Positions 19,993 through 30,746 of a DNA stretch of 64,000 bases are shown here, in pieces. A program made the position numbers and the translations under genes. The DNA is from an uncultured Neomegalonema sp. (GTDB lineage: Bacteria; Pseudomonadota; Alphaproteobacteria; Rhodobacterales; Rhodobacteraceae). Each line of letters opens with the position of its first letter. Position 1 is the first letter of the stretch. Below the pieces are notes generated by a model. That model did not search any database, had not been told where the DNA came from, and was given only the letters and a program-made list of their open reading frames with translations. Where the stretch lies: positions 1 to 64,000 of the forward strand of contig CALDSD010000093.1 in assembly GCA_937911325.1 (NCBI GenBank), given 5' to 3'.

Positions 19993-20457
19993 CTAACCGG
20001 CGGCGCGCGCCAGGCGCTTCTCCATGAAGACGAGGCGCGCGTTGTCCGGGTAGCAGCCAAACGGCCCGCGGCGGGAGAACCCGTGGCGGGCGTAGAGACG
20101 TTGGGCGGCGGTCAGAACATCGCCCGTCTCGAGCAGAATGAGAGCGCAGCCGCGCTGTTCGGCCTCAGCCTCCACCGCCGCGACCAGCGCATCAGCGACC
20201 CCGAGGCCGCGCGCGCTCTCCGCCACGTACATCGACTTCAGCTCGCCCTCGCCGTTCCCCTTGTCGACAAAGGCGACGCAACCCAGCGGCTCGCCGTCCT
20301 GTTCCGCCACGAAGAAGGCGACGCCTTCGCCGCGAAGTTCGTCGAGATCGTAGTTGTAGCAAATGTCCGGCGGGTAGAGCTCGGCGATATAGGCCCAATA
20401 CGCGCGGAGCAGCGGCTCGGCGTCAGCGGGGTCGGCGATGCGGGTCGACACGGTCAT
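19993..20457 (-). CDS. GNAT family N-acetyltransferase
   Basis: 154 aa; acetyl-CoA binding motif region RGLGVADALVAAVEAEAEQRG. Confidence 0.8.
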   Translation of the reverse strand: MTVSTRIADPADAEPLLRAYWAYIAELYPPDICYNYDLDELRGEGVAFFVAEQDGEPLGCVAFVDKGNGEGELKSMYVAESARGLGVADALVAAVEAEAEQRGCALILLETGDVLTAAQRLYARHGFSRRGPFGCYPDNARLVFMEKRLARAAG

Positions 20458-20603
20458 GGGAACACAGTGAGCCGATCAACCCGCGGCGACAATTCAAGAG
20501 ATTTGGGGAAAGCCATCATTCGCAGCTTCAACCGCGTGTCGCCAACACTCTCACTTTCGCCGGGCGCATGACTCCACACGCTCGAGCTGACTTCGGCTCA
20601 ACG

Positions 20604-22760
20604 CTACTCCGCCGCCATCGGGGCGCCGCGATTGCGGATGAGCTTCAGCACCTCGCGGGCGGCGTCGGGGATGTTGGTGCCCGGACCGAAGATCGCCGCG
20701 ACCCCGCTCTGCTTGAGGAAGTCGTAGTCCTGGCTCGGGATCACCCCGCCGCAGACCACCAGCACGTCCTCCGCGCCCGCCGCCTTCAAAGCCTGGATCA
20801 GCGCCGGCGCCAGCGTCTTGTGACCCGCCGCCTGGCTGCTGATGCCGACCACGTGCACGTCATTGTCGATCGCGTCCTGAGCGGCTTCCTCCGGCGTTTG
20901 GAACAGTGGGCCGATATCGACGTCGAAGCCCAGATCGGCAAAGGCCGTGGCGATGATCTTGGCGCCGCGGTCATGCCCGTCCTGCCCCATCTTCACGACC
21001 ATCATCCGTGGCCGGCGACCTTCAGCCGCCTCGAACGCGGCGATGTCCGCCTGCAGCGCCTCGAAGCCCTCGTCGCCCTCATAGGCCGAGCCATAGACGC
21101 CCGAGATCGAGCGGACCTCGGCCCGGTGGCGGTCGAATTCTTTCTCCATGGCGTCCGAGATCTCCCCGACTGTGGCCCGGGCGCGCGCGGCCTCGACCGC
21201 CAGCCCGAGCAGATTGCCCTCGCCCGTCTGCGCCGCCTTGGTCAGCGCCGACAGCGCCGCCTCGACCGCCGCCGCGTCGCGGGACGCGCGGATCTGTTCC
21301 AGCCGCGCGACCTGCCCGTCGCGCACGGCCTTGTTGTCGATGTCGAGCACATCGACCGGGTCTTCCTTGGTCGGGCGGTATTTGTTGACGCCGACGATGA
21401 CCTCCTCGCCGCGGTCGATCCGGGCCTGACGGCGGGCGGCGGCCTCCTCGATGCGCAGTTTCGGCATGCCGGTGGCGACCGCCTTGGTCATGCCGCCCAT
21501 GTCTTCGACTTCCTCGATCAGCTTCCAGGCTTCCTCGGCCAGCGACGCCGTGAGGCTCTCGACGTAATAGGAGCCCGCCAGCGGATCGACGACGTTGGTC
21601 ACGCCGGTCTCGTGCTGGAGGATGAGCTGGGTGTTCCGCGCGATGCGCGAGGAAAACTCCGTCGGCAGCGCGATCGCCTCGTCGAACGAGTTCGTGTGCA
21701 GCGACTGGGTGCCGCCCAGCACCGCCGCCAGCGCCTCGTAAGCGGTGCGGACGACGTTGTTGTAGGGGTCCTGCTCCTGCAGCGAGACGCCGGAGGTCTG
21801 GCAATGGGTGCGCAGCATCAGCGAGCCTGGCTTCTTCGGCTCGAACTCGGTCATGATCCGGTGCCACAGCAGGCGCGCGGCGCGGAGCTTGGCGGCCTCC
21901 ATGAAGAAATTCATGCCGATGGCGAAGAAGAAGGAGAGCCGTCCGGCGAACTGGTCGACATCCATGCCTTTCGACAGCGCCGCACGGACATATTCCCGTC
22001 CATCAGCCAGCGTGAAGGCGAGTTCCTGCACCAGCGTCGCCCCGGCCTCCTGCATGTGATAGCCGGAAATCGAGATCGAGTTGAACCGCGGCATTTCCTG
22101 CGCGGTGTATTCGATGATGTCCGCAACGATCCGCATCGAGGGCTCGGGCGGATAGATGTAGGTGTTGCGGACCATGAACTCCTTGAGGATGTCGTTCTGG
22201 ATGGTCCCGGACAGCTCGGCGGTCGTGCAGCCTTGCTCCTGACCGGCGACGATGAAATTCGCCAGGATCGGGATTACGGCGCCGTTCATGGTCATGGAGA
22301 CCGAGATGTCCTTCAGCGGGATGCCGTCGAAGAGGATCTTCATGTCCTCGACGCTGTCGATCGCAACGCCCGCCTTGCCGACATCCCCGATCACCCGGGG
22401 GTGGTCGCTGTCGTAGCCGCGGTGCGTGGCCAGATCGAAGGCGACGGAGACGCCCTGCTGCCCGCCCGCGAGCGCCTGACGATAAAAGGCGTTGCTTTCC
22501 TCTGCGGTCGAAAAACCCGCATATTGGCGGATGGTCCAAGGGCGCCCGGCATACATCGTGGCGCGCGGACCACGGGTGAAGGGCGGCAGGCCGGGCAGCC
22601 CTCCAATATGCTCAAGCTGCTCTAGATCCTCAGCCGTGTAGAGCGGTTTTACGGCGATGCCCTCGGGCGTGTCCCAAGTCAGTTCGTCCGGCGATTTACC
22701 CTTGCGCTCTTTCTCGGCCAGGGCGCGCCAATCGGCCTTTGTGGGTTTCGGCTGCGACAT
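20604..22760 (-). CDS. methylmalonyl-CoA mutase large subunit (with C-terminal B12-binding domain)
   Basis: 718 aa, with a full-length MCM alpha pattern ([19 protein letters not shown]..., C-terminal DxHxxG-type B12 domain). Confidence 0.95.
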   Translation of the reverse strand: MSQPKPTKADWRALAEKERKGKSPDELTWDTPEGIAVKPLYTAEDLEQLEHIGGLPGLPPFTRGPRATMYAGRPWTIRQYAGFSTAEESNAFYRQALAGGQQGVSVAFDLATHRGYDSDHPRVIGDVGKAGVAIDSVEDMKILFDGIPLKDISVSMTMNGAVIPILANFIVAGQEQGCTTAELSGTIQNDILKEFMVRNTYIYPPEPSMRIVADIIEYTAQEMPRFNSISISGYHMQEAGATLVQELAFTLADGREYVRAALSKGMDVDQFAGRLSFFFAIGMNFFMEAAKLRAARLLWHRIMTEFEPKKPGSLMLRTHCQTSGVSLQEQDPYNNVVRTAYEALAAVLGGTQSLHTNSFDEAIALPTEFSSRIARNTQLILQHETGVTNVVDPLAGSYYVESLTASLAEEAWKLIEEVEDMGGMTKAVATGMPKLRIEEAAARRQARIDRGEEVIVGVNKYRPTKEDPVDVLDIDNKAVRDGQVARLEQIRASRDAAAVEAALSALTKAAQTGEGNLLGLAVEAARARATVGEISDAMEKEFDRHRAEVRSISGVYGSAYEGDEGFEALQADIAAFEAAEGRRPRMMVVKMGQDGHDRGAKIIATAFADLGFDVDIGPLFQTPEEAAQDAIDNDVHVVGISSQAAGHKTLAPALIQALKAAGAEDVLVVCGGVIPSQDYDFLKQSGVAAIFGPGTNIPDAAREVLKLIRNRGAPMAAE

Positions 22761-22900
22761 GACGGGCCTCCCGGGTGCGTTCTTCGTATCCTGCGGTGCA
22801 ACAATACCTACCGCCGCGCCCAGTGTCGGCGCAAGCGATCAGAGGTCGCGGCGCCCATCCGGGCTGGCGTCTTACGAACGCTCACGGTACCTGATGCGCT

Positions 22901-25366
22901 GTGAAGACGCATCCAGATCTACCTATTGACGCTGTCTTGCCCGATCTTGCCGAGCGTTTGCGCGCCGGCGGCAATCTGGTTCTGCAAGCGCCCCCCGGCG
23001 CGGGAAAGACGACCAGGGTTCCGTTGGCGTTGCTCGAAGCCGACTGGCTCGGCGGCGATCGGATCGTCATGTTGGAGCCTCGACGGGTCGCCGCCCGCGC
23101 CGCCGCAGAGCGCATGGCGGAGATGCTCGACGAGAAAGTCGGCCAGACCGTCGGCTACCGCATCCGGCACGAGACGAAGGTGTCGCGCGGCACGCGGATC
23201 GAGGTCGTCACGGAAGGCGTCCTCACGCGCCGGCTGCAATCGGATCCTGGCCTCGAAGGCGTGGGCTGCGTCGTCTTTGACGAGTTTCACGAGCGGTCAA
23301 TCCACGCGGATCTGGGCCTCGCGCTCTGCCTTGAGGCGCAATCGGCGCTGCGACCGGACATCCGGCTCGTCGCCATGTCGGCCACCCTCGACGGCGAGGC
23401 GGTCGCGGCTCTGATGCGCGCTCCGATCATCACGTCCGAGGGCCGCAGCTTTCCGGTCGAGACCCGTTGGCTCGACGCGCCGCTGAAGCTTGACCGGCGA
23501 CGCCGCCTGGAGGACGCGGCCGCAGAGCTTGTCCGACGCGCGCTCGAAGAAGAACCGGGCGACGCGTTGGTCTTTCTTCCGGGCGCTCGCGAGATCCACG
23601 CCGTCGAAAGCCGCTTGGCCGGACAAGTGAGCGACGGCGTCGACATTCTACCGATTTACGGCGGCCTACCCTTTGCGAAGCAGCAACAGGCGCTTCGCCC
23701 ATCCAGTCCGGGCCGCCGCAAAGTCGTGCTGGCCACCGCGATCGCAGAAACGTCGTTGACGATCGAGGGCGTGCGGATCGTGATCGACGCCGGTCGATCC
23801 CGCCGGGCGCGCTTCGACCCGAGCTCCGGTATGAGCCGCCTTGTCACCGAGCGCGCCTCCAAGGCGGCGGCGGCGCAGCGTCGGGGACGCGCCGGACGCC
23901 TTGAGGACGGCGTTTGCTATCGGCTCTGGAGCAAGGGAGAGGAAGGCGCGCTGCGCGCCTTCGACCCACCGGAGATCATCGAGGCCGACCTTGCGCCGCT
24001 TGCGCTGGAGCTTGCGCAGTGGGGCGCCGCCCCCAGCGGGTTGCCTTTCCTCGACGCGCCCCCCGACGCAGCTTTCGCTCAAGCTGTCGATCTTCTCCGC
24101 ATGCTCGGCGCCCTCGACGCCGCCGACCGGATCACGGCGCACGGGCGCGCGATGGCGTCAGCGCCGCTGCATCCGCGGCTCGCCCACATGGTTCTGGCGG
24201 CCGGGGTCTCCGACGAGGCTTGTCAACTCGCCGCGCTTCTTGAAGAGCGCGATCCATTGCGTCAGGACGGGATCGACGTCGGCAAACGGCTGGCCGCGCT
24301 GCGTGAACCCCACAAGCACCCGTCCGTCAGAACGACGTTGGAACGTATCGCAGACACGGCTCGACGACTGCGTCGACGCTTGCCCAGTTCTCAGCCGCGC
24401 GTGTTGTCTATCGGCGCGTTGCTCGCGCTAGCCTACCCCGACCGCATCGGACTGCGCCGCAAAGGCGAGGAACCGCGCTTTCTGCTGTCCGGCGGGAAAG
24501 GCGCCGCGCTCAAGCGGGAAGATCCCCTTGGCGCGGAAAGACTGATCGTCGCCGCTGACCTCGACGGCGACGCGCGCGAGGCGAAGGTCCGCCTTGGCGC
24601 AGCGGTCAGTCTCGGAGAGATCGAGGAGCTCTTCGCGGACCAGATAAAGTGGACAAACGTCTGCGAATGGTCGAAGCGCGACCGAATGGTGAGCGCGCGG
24701 CGTCGGCGGATGCTTGGCGCGGTCGCGCTCGAGGACCAGGTTTGGCGAGACGCCCCGCCAGAAGCGCTGGGCGCCGCGATGGCCGATGGCGTCCGACAGC
24801 TCGGGCTCGCCGCCTTGCCTTGGTCGCCAGCCGCGGAACGTCTTGTCTCCCGCGTCAGACGCGCGTCTGACGGCGACGCTGGCGACGGTGATTTGCCGGA
24901 CTGGTCCGACGCCGCGCTTCTCGACGGACTAGACGCTTGGCTCGCGCCACATCTGGCTGGCCTGCGATCGGCGACGGATCTCGGCACGCTCAACCTGCAC
25001 GAGATCCTGCGATCCGGATTGACCTGGAACCAGACACAAGCCCTCGACCGCATCGCCCCGGCCCATTTCGAAACGCCGTTGGGCGGGCGGGCGCCGATCG
25101 ACTACAGCGGCGCCGACCCGAAAGTCTCCATTCGCCTGCAAGAGCTTTTCGGCCTCGATCACCACCCAACGGTCGCGGGCGCTCCGATCTTGCTCGAACT
25201 CCTGTCGCCGGCCCACCGTCCGATACAGACGACGGCGGACTTGCCCGGCTTCTGGCGAGGCTCTTACGCTGACGTGCGCAAGGATATGCGGGCCAAGTAT
25301 CCAAAACACCCGTGGCCAGAAGATCCGATCGCCGCCAATCCAACTCGGCGCGCGAAACAGCGCTGA
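22901..25366 (+). CDS. hrpB: ATP-dependent RNA helicase HrpB
   Basis: DEAH helicase motifs (GAGKTT, DEFHER) and an HrpB C-terminal domain. GTG start. Confidence 0.9.
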   Translation: MKTHPDLPIDAVLPDLAERLRAGGNLVLQAPPGAGKTTRVPLALLEADWLGGDRIVMLEPRRVAARAAAERMAEMLDEKVGQTVGYRIRHETKVSRGTRIEVVTEGVLTRRLQSDPGLEGVGCVVFDEFHERSIHADLGLALCLEAQSALRPDIRLVAMSATLDGEAVAALMRAPIITSEGRSFPVETRWLDAPLKLDRRRRLEDAAAELVRRALEEEPGDALVFLPGAREIHAVESRLAGQVSDGVDILPIYGGLPFAKQQQALRPSSPGRRKVVLATAIAETSLTIEGVRIVIDAGRSRRARFDPSSGMSRLVTERASKAAAAQRRGRAGRLEDGVCYRLWSKGEEGALRAFDPPEIIEADLAPLALELAQWGAAPSGLPFLDAPPDAAFAQAVDLLRMLGALDAADRITAHGRAMASAPLHPRLAHMVLAAGVSDEACQLAALLEERDPLRQDGIDVGKRLAALREPHKHPSVRTTLERIADTARRLRRRLPSSQPRVLSIGALLALAYPDRIGLRRKGEEPRFLLSGGKGAALKREDPLGAERLIVAADLDGDAREAKVRLGAAVSLGEIEELFADQIKWTNVCEWSKRDRMVSARRRRMLGAVALEDQVWRDAPPEALGAAMADGVRQLGLAALPWSPAAERLVSRVRRASDGDAGDGDLPDWSDAALLDGLDAWLAPHLAGLRSATDLGTLNLHEILRSGLTWNQTQALDRIAPAHFETPLGGRAPIDYSGADPKVSIRLQELFGLDHHPTVAGAPILLELLSPAHRPIQTTADLPGFWRGSYADVRKDMRAKYPKHPWPEDPIAANPTRRAKQR

Positions 25367-25479
25367 TATGAGCAGCGGACTCTCGTTAAATCGGCTCAAC
25401 GCGATCATAGGCGCTTGACGGATCGGCATTCGCCTCGCGACCATCGCGCATTAGTTTTATTTCGTGAACAAGCGACGAG

Positions 25480-26139
25480 GTGAGGTCGGCGCTGTTGATA
25501 GACCCAGGACAAAGCGAGATCGAGCAACGGCTCGAGAGACTGGAGCGCGAGAAAGTCGTCGTTTTCGCGGTTCGGGAGGCGATGCGCGCCGCTCCGCTGC
25601 TCGCGATCGCGGGGCCCAAGAGTTTCGACCGTCTTGCGGAACCCAGTTTTCGTGCGATTCTCACCGCTTCGATCGCAGCCTTTGATCCGAAGGCGCGACC
25701 GTCGGCGCAGATCGCGTCGGACGAAGCCTTCGCCGCGGCCAGCCTGACCGACACCGCGCATTCAGCGGTTTACGCCGCGGCTCGCGCCGCAGGAGCCGCC
25801 GTCGCAAACCATGCCGCGGCGGCCGCCTACGCCGGTTACGCAGCGGCGTTTAGCTCCGCCCGAGCGGCAGCCGCGGAAACGACCTTGCTGCGCGAGGCGA
25901 TCCTCGACCTCGAACAGCTTGAGCGGGCGGTGGCTGCTGATCAGCTGCGCGCCACCCCGCTCTGGCCTTCCGGCACGCCGGTTGAATTCACAGGAGCCGT
26001 CGACCGGCTCGCGCAGACGGTTCGCCAAACCGGCGCAGCGTGCGCCCGTTGGGTCGACTGGTACGTGACCAAGATCTACGGCTGGCCCGAGCTTCTCCCG
26101 ATGGAGCGCGACTGGGCGCTCGCCGAGAACGTTCATTAG
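25480..26139 (+). CDS. hypothetical Ala-rich protein
   Basis: 219-aa ORF filling the gap between hrpB and the convergent regulator. No family recognised. Start uncertain (GTG at 25480 or TTG at 25495). Confidence 0.35.
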   Translation: MRSALLIDPGQSEIEQRLERLEREKVVVFAVREAMRAAPLLAIAGPKSFDRLAEPSFRAILTASIAAFDPKARPSAQIASDEAFAAASLTDTAHSAVYAAARAAGAAVANHAAAAAYAGYAAAFSSARAAAAETTLLREAILDLEQLERAVAADQLRATPLWPSGTPVEFTGAVDRLAQTVRQTGAACARWVDWYVTKIYGWPELLPMERDWALAENVH

Positions 26140-26143
26140 GTCC

Positions 26144-27124
26144 TCAACGCGCCCATGATCTTCGCAGCCGTTGTGGCGACGCGCCGAACTCCGCCTTGAA
26201 GGCGCGCGTGAAGGCGCTGGGGTCGCGGTATCCGGACCGAAGCGCGACTTCGGAAACGCCGAGATCGCTGTCGACGATCCATCGACGCGCCTGGAGAAGA
26301 CGAAGACGCCGATAGACCGTTCGCGGCGGCGCTCCCAAAGCGCTTGTGAACCTCCGCTCAAGCTCTCGAGACCGACACGCGGCGGCCTTGGCCAAAGCGG
26401 CGACGCTCAATGGCGTCTCCAGATTGGCGAGCATCTCGGCCAGCGCCGCCCGAACCTTTCGGTCTTTGGTCTTCGGCGCCAGGGAGTTCGGATCGCCGCT
26501 GCCGCCGCCCGGGTGGTCGCCCTGCATGAACAGGCTGGCGATCTCCAGTGTCAGGGCCGCGCCGTAGTCGCGCTCGATGAGTTGCGTCGCAAGCTCATAG
26601 GCTGTCGCGGCACCGCCCGCGCTCAGCCGATCGCCGTCGATCACCCAGCGTTCGCGGCGGGCGTCCACGTCGGGGAAGCGTTCGGCGAAGGCGTCGAACT
26701 CCTCGAAATGAATGGTTGCAGCCCGTCCCCCCAGCAAACCGGCTTCGGCGAGCAGCCAGCTTCCCGAATCCAATCCAGCCAGAACCCGGTAGCGCCGCGC
26801 AGCCGCCTGCAACGCGCGGAGACACTTGGGCGTGGCGAGGCTTCGAAAACCATAGCTCGGCATCACAAACAGCGCGTCGCCCCTGGGCGCCTCGGCCAAG
26901 GCGCATTCAGGCATCACCGGGAATCCGCTCGAAGACGAGACCGGCGCCCCGTCCAAGGTCAGGATGCGCCACGAATACGCCTTGCGGCCCAGAAAGGTGT
27001 TTGCCGCTCGAAACGGCTCAATCGCATTGGCCAGGCAGTGATTGGAGAAGCGCTCGAACAGCAGAACGCCAAAGCTGCGCGCTTGCTCGCCCGAGACATC
27101 ACCAGTTTTAGTCCAATCCGGCAT
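26144..27124 (-). CDS. GlxA-family (DJ-1/PfpI + AraC HTH) transcriptional regulator, CdhR-like
   Basis: N-terminal GATase1-like domain plus a C-terminal AraC-type HTH. Transcribed divergently from the BKACE/carnitine dehydrogenase genes. Start set at the ATG at 27124. Confidence 0.8.
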   Translation of the reverse strand: MPDWTKTGDVSGEQARSFGVLLFERFSNHCLANAIEPFRAANTFLGRKAYSWRILTLDGAPVSSSSGFPVMPECALAEAPRGDALFVMPSYGFRSLATPKCLRALQAAARRYRVLAGLDSGSWLLAEAGLLGGRAATIHFEEFDAFAERFPDVDARRERWVIDGDRLSAGGAATAYELATQLIERDYGAALTLEIASLFMQGDHPGGGSGDPNSLAPKTKDRKVRAALAEMLANLETPLSVAALAKAAACRSRELERRFTSALGAPPRTVYRRLRLLQARRWIVDSDLGVSEVALRSGYRDPSAFTRAFKAEFGASPQRLRRSWAR

Positions 27125-27221
27125 GATTTCGAGACAATTCGGCATGATGCTGAAAGTCAATCCCATAAACCTCTTAGGACAATACGCCGGCACTCAACGA
27201 ACGTTTCCGGGAGGATCTGCC

Positions 27222-28130
27222 ATGCCGTTGGCCATGAACCGCGAAGTCTTCATCACCTGCGCCGTCACCGGCTCTGGCGGAACCCAGGACCGCAGCCCCC
27301 ATGTGCCGCGCAGCCCGCAACAGATCGCAGACAGCGCAATTGACGCTGCGAAGGCTGGCGCGGCCATCGTGCATTGCCATGTGCGCGATCCGGAGACCGG
27401 CAAACCTGCGCGCGACGGCGCGCTCTACCGCGAGGTCACCGAGCGGATCCGCGACGCGGACGTGGATGTTGTGTTGAACCTCACCGCCGGGATGGGTGGC
27501 GATCTGGTTTTCGGGTCGCCCTCCGCGCCGTTGCCGCTCACCGAAGGCACGGACATGCTCAGCGCCGAGGAACGCGTCGCCCATGTCGCCGACTGCCGGC
27601 CGGAGATCTGCACGCTCGACTGCGGAACCATGAACTTCGCCGAAGCCGATTACGTCATGACCACCACGCCCGGCATGCTCCGCGCGATGGGGTCGATGAT
27701 GACCGAACTGGGCGTGAAGCCGGAAATCGAAGCGTTCGACACCGGCCATTTGTGGCTGGCGAAAGCCCTTGTCGACGAGGGCGTGCTGTCGAGCCCGGCG
27801 CTGGTGCAGCTTTGCATGGGCGTCCCCTGGGGCGCGCCGGACGACCTCAACACGTTCATGGCGATGGTCAACAACGTGCCGTCCGACTGGACCTGGTCGG
27901 CGTTTGCGCTTGGCCGACACCAGATGCCCTATGTCGCCGCCGCGGTTCTGGCGGGCGGCAACGTCCGCGTCGGCCTGGAGGACAACCTGTGGCTCGCCAA
28001 GGGCCAGCTGGCGACGAACGCGCAGCTGGTCGAGCGCGCGGTCACCATAATCGAGAACCTGGGCGCGACTGTCGTCGGGCCCGAGCAGGTCCGCGAGCGA
28101 CTGTCCCTCACCAAGCGGGCCCCGGCATGA
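27222..28130 (+). CDS. 3-keto-5-aminohexanoate cleavage enzyme family (BKACE/DUF849), dehydrocarnitine cleavage enzyme-like
   Basis: ATG at 27222 with a GGGAGGA RBS. VFITCAVTGSG... matches the BKACE N-terminus. The longer annotated ORF from 27042 would overlap the regulator. Confidence 0.85.
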   Translation: MPLAMNREVFITCAVTGSGGTQDRSPHVPRSPQQIADSAIDAAKAGAAIVHCHVRDPETGKPARDGALYREVTERIRDADVDVVLNLTAGMGGDLVFGSPSAPLPLTEGTDMLSAEERVAHVADCRPEICTLDCGTMNFAEADYVMTTTPGMLRAMGSMMTELGVKPEIEAFDTGHLWLAKALVDEGVLSSPALVQLCMGVPWGAPDDLNTFMAMVNNVPSDWTWSAFALGRHQMPYVAAAVLAGGNVRVGLEDNLWLAKGQLATNAQLVERAVTIIENLGATVVGPEQVRERLSLTKRAPA

Positions 28131-29581
28131 TCGAGGTTGAGAAAAAGACCCGAAGCGCGGCGATCATCGGCGGCGGCGTCATTGGCGGCGCCTGGGCCGC
28201 GCGGTTCCTTTTGAACGGATGGAATGTCCGCCTTTTCGATCCGGACCCCGAAGCGGAACGGAAAATGAGCGAAGTCCTGGGCAACGCGCGCCGGTCGTTG
28301 CCGATGCTTTATGACCGGGCTTTGCCGCCCGAAGGCGCGCTGACGCATGTCGCCACGATCGCCGAGGCCGTTGCGGACGCCGCTTGGGTGCAGGAGAGCG
28401 TGCCGGAACGGCTGGAGATCAAGCACAAGGCGATCGCCGAGATCCAGGACGCGATCGACCCGGAAGCGGTGATCGGGTCGTCGACTTCGGGCTTCAAACC
28501 CTCCGAGCTGCAAGAAGGATCGACGGACCCTGGGCAGATCCTGGTCACACATCCGTTCAACCCTGTGTATCTGCTGCCATTGGTCGAGGTCGTGCCCTCG
28601 CCCGCCACCGATCCGCGCGCGACAGCATGGGCGCGTTGGGTGCTCGGCAGCATCGGCATGCACCCGCTCGTGGTGCGCCAGGAGATCGACGCGCATATCG
28701 CCGACAGGTTCCTCGAGGCGGTCTGGCGCGAGGCGCTCTGGTTGATCAAAGACGGGGTCGCCACGACCGAAGAGATCGACGATGCGATCCGCTACGGCTT
28801 TGGTTTGCGCTGGGCGCAGATGGGCCTTTTCGAGACGTATCGCGTGGCCGGCGGCGAGGCTGGCATGCGGCACTTCATCGGCCAGTTCGGCCCCGCGCTG
28901 AAATGGCCCTGGACGAAGCTGATGGATGTTCCCGAGCTCACGGATGACCTTGTCGACGCGATCGCGGATCAGTCGGACGCGCAGTCCGGACATCTCTCGA
29001 TCCGCGAGCTGGAACGTCTGCGCGACGAGAACCTCGTGTCCATCCTCCGCGCGCTCAAGGGACGAGGCTCGGCGGCAGGCGCGTTGATTGCGAACCACGA
29101 GTCGACATTGCCGAAGGAGGCGTCGCCGGACGCCGAGCTGCTGCCCTCGATCGACCGCACCGTGCCGATCGACTGGACCGACTATAACGGCCACATGAAC
29201 GAAAGCCGGTTCGGCCAGGTGTTCTCGGATGCGGCCGACTATGTGATGGTCCATGTCGGCGCGGACGCCGATTACATCGCCCGCGGCCTGAGTTACTTCA
29301 CCGTCGACATCCGGATCCGCTTTCTGGCCGAGGCCAAGGCGGGCCAGCGGATCACCGTCAAAAGCCAAGTCCTTCAGGGCGAGGGCAAGAAGCTGCGCTT
29401 GTTCCATCGCATTCTTGACGCCGACGGCGCCGAGATGGCGACCGGCGAGCAGATGCTGATCCATGTCAGCCTGGAGCCGCGCCGCGCCTGTGATCCCGCG
29501 CCTGAAGTGCTGGCGAAAGTCGAGGCGCTGGCCTCGGCGCATGCGGCCCTGCCGAGACCTTCCGACAAGGAGCTGATGTGA
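28127..29581 (+). CDS. L-carnitine dehydrogenase fused to C-terminal hotdog thioesterase
   Basis: ATGA overlap with the BKACE stop. N-terminal 3-hydroxyacyl-CoA-dehydrogenase NAD fold (AAIIGGGVIGGAWAARF) and C-terminal 4HBT-like thioesterase (PIDWTDYNGHMNESRFGQVF). It is the C-terminal 484 aa of listed ORF 27374..29581. Confidence 0.85.
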   Translation: MIEVEKKTRSAAIIGGGVIGGAWAARFLLNGWNVRLFDPDPEAERKMSEVLGNARRSLPMLYDRALPPEGALTHVATIAEAVADAAWVQESVPERLEIKHKAIAEIQDAIDPEAVIGSSTSGFKPSELQEGSTDPGQILVTHPFNPVYLLPLVEVVPSPATDPRATAWARWVLGSIGMHPLVVRQEIDAHIADRFLEAVWREALWLIKDGVATTEEIDDAIRYGFGLRWAQMGLFETYRVAGGEAGMRHFIGQFGPALKWPWTKLMDVPELTDDLVDAIADQSDAQSGHLSIRELERLRDENLVSILRALKGRGSAAGALIANHESTLPKEASPDAELLPSIDRTVPIDWTDYNGHMNESRFGQVFSDAADYVMVHVGADADYIARGLSYFTVDIRIRFLAEAKAGQRITVKSQVLQGEGKKLRLFHRILDADGAEMATGEQMLIHVSLEPRRACDPAPEVLAKVEALASAHAALPRPSDKELM

Positions 29582-30741
29582 TGCAATTCGGACTGACCGA
29601 AGAGCAGGAGATGATCGTCTCGACCGTGCGCAGTTTCGTCGAGACAGAGATCTACCCGCACGAAGCGGACGTCGAGCGCACCGGCGAAGTGCCGCCCGAG
29701 CTGGCCGAGGCGATCAAGGCCAAGACGATCGAGTTGGGCTTTTACGCGTGCAACTTCCCGGAAAGCATCGGCGGCGCGGGGCTTTCGCACCTAGACTTTG
29801 CTCTGGTGGAGCGGGAGCTCGGCCGTGGCTCGATGGCGCTCACGCATTTCTTTGGCCGACCACAGAACATCCTGATGGCCTGCGAAGGCGAGCAGATCGA
29901 GCGCTACCTGCTGCCCGCTGTCCGCGGCGAGCGCATGGATGCGCTGGCGATGACGGAACCGGACGCCGGTTCGGACGTGCGGGGCATGAAATGCGCTGCG
30001 CGACGCGACGGCGGCGACTGGGTCGTCAACGGCTCCAAGCATTTCATCTCGGGAGCCGAGCACGCCGACTTTGTGATCGTGTTCATCGCCACCGGCGAAG
30101 AGGACACGCCCAAAGGTCCGAAAAAGAAGATCACCACCTTCCTGGTCGATCGCGGCACGCCCGGCTTCACGATCCGCGAGGGATATCGCTCCGTCAGCCA
30201 TCGCGGCTACAAGAACATGATCCTCGAGTTCGACGACTGCCGCCTGCCTGACGCCCAGGTTCTGGGCCCGGTCGACGGCGGCTTCGCCGTGATGAACGAA
30301 TGGCTCTACGCCACGCGCATCACTGTGGCGACGATGTCGGTCGGCCGCGCGCGGCGCTGCTTTGACATGGGGCTCGCCTACGCCGCCGAACGCAAGCAGT
30401 TCGGGCAGCAGATCGGGAAGTTCCAGGGGGTCAGCTTTCAGCTGGCGGACATGATCACGGAGATCGACGCGGCGGACTGGCTGACGCTCGCCGCGGCCTG
30501 GCGGCTCGATCAGGGACTGCCGGCGAACCGGGAGATCGCCAGCGCCAAGCTCTACGCCTCGGAGATGCTGGCGCGCGTCACCGACGCGACGCTGCAGATC
30601 TACGGCGGCATGGGACTGATGGACGACTTCCCGATCGAACGCTTCTGGCGCGATGCGCGGGTCGAGCGGATCTGGGACGGCACCTCCGAGATCCAACGCC
30701 ACATCATCAGCCGCGATCTTCTGCGGCCATTGGGGGCCTGA
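29578..30741 (+). CDS. acyl-CoA dehydrogenase family protein
   Basis: 387 aa with ACAD N, middle and C domains. Start overlaps the upstream stop. Confidence 0.85.
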   Translation: MMQFGLTEEQEMIVSTVRSFVETEIYPHEADVERTGEVPPELAEAIKAKTIELGFYACNFPESIGGAGLSHLDFALVERELGRGSMALTHFFGRPQNILMACEGEQIERYLLPAVRGERMDALAMTEPDAGSDVRGMKCAARRDGGDWVVNGSKHFISGAEHADFVIVFIATGEEDTPKGPKKKITTFLVDRGTPGFTIREGYRSVSHRGYKNMILEFDDCRLPDAQVLGPVDGGFAVMNEWLYATRITVATMSVGRARRCFDMGLAYAAERKQFGQQIGKFQGVSFQLADMITEIDAADWLTLAAAWRLDQGLPANREIASAKLYASEMLARVTDATLQIYGGMGLMDDFPIERFWRDARVERIWDGTSEIQRHIISRDLLRPLGA

Positions 30742-30746
30742 CCTAG

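Noticed and set aside
27374-29581. 735-aa ORF that would fuse the BKACE region with the carnitine dehydrogenase
   Set aside because: Its N-terminal 250 aa are an Arg/Pro-rich out-of-frame read through the BKACE gene. The dehydrogenase begins at the ATG at 28127, which overlaps the BKACE stop. There is no evidence for a fusion.
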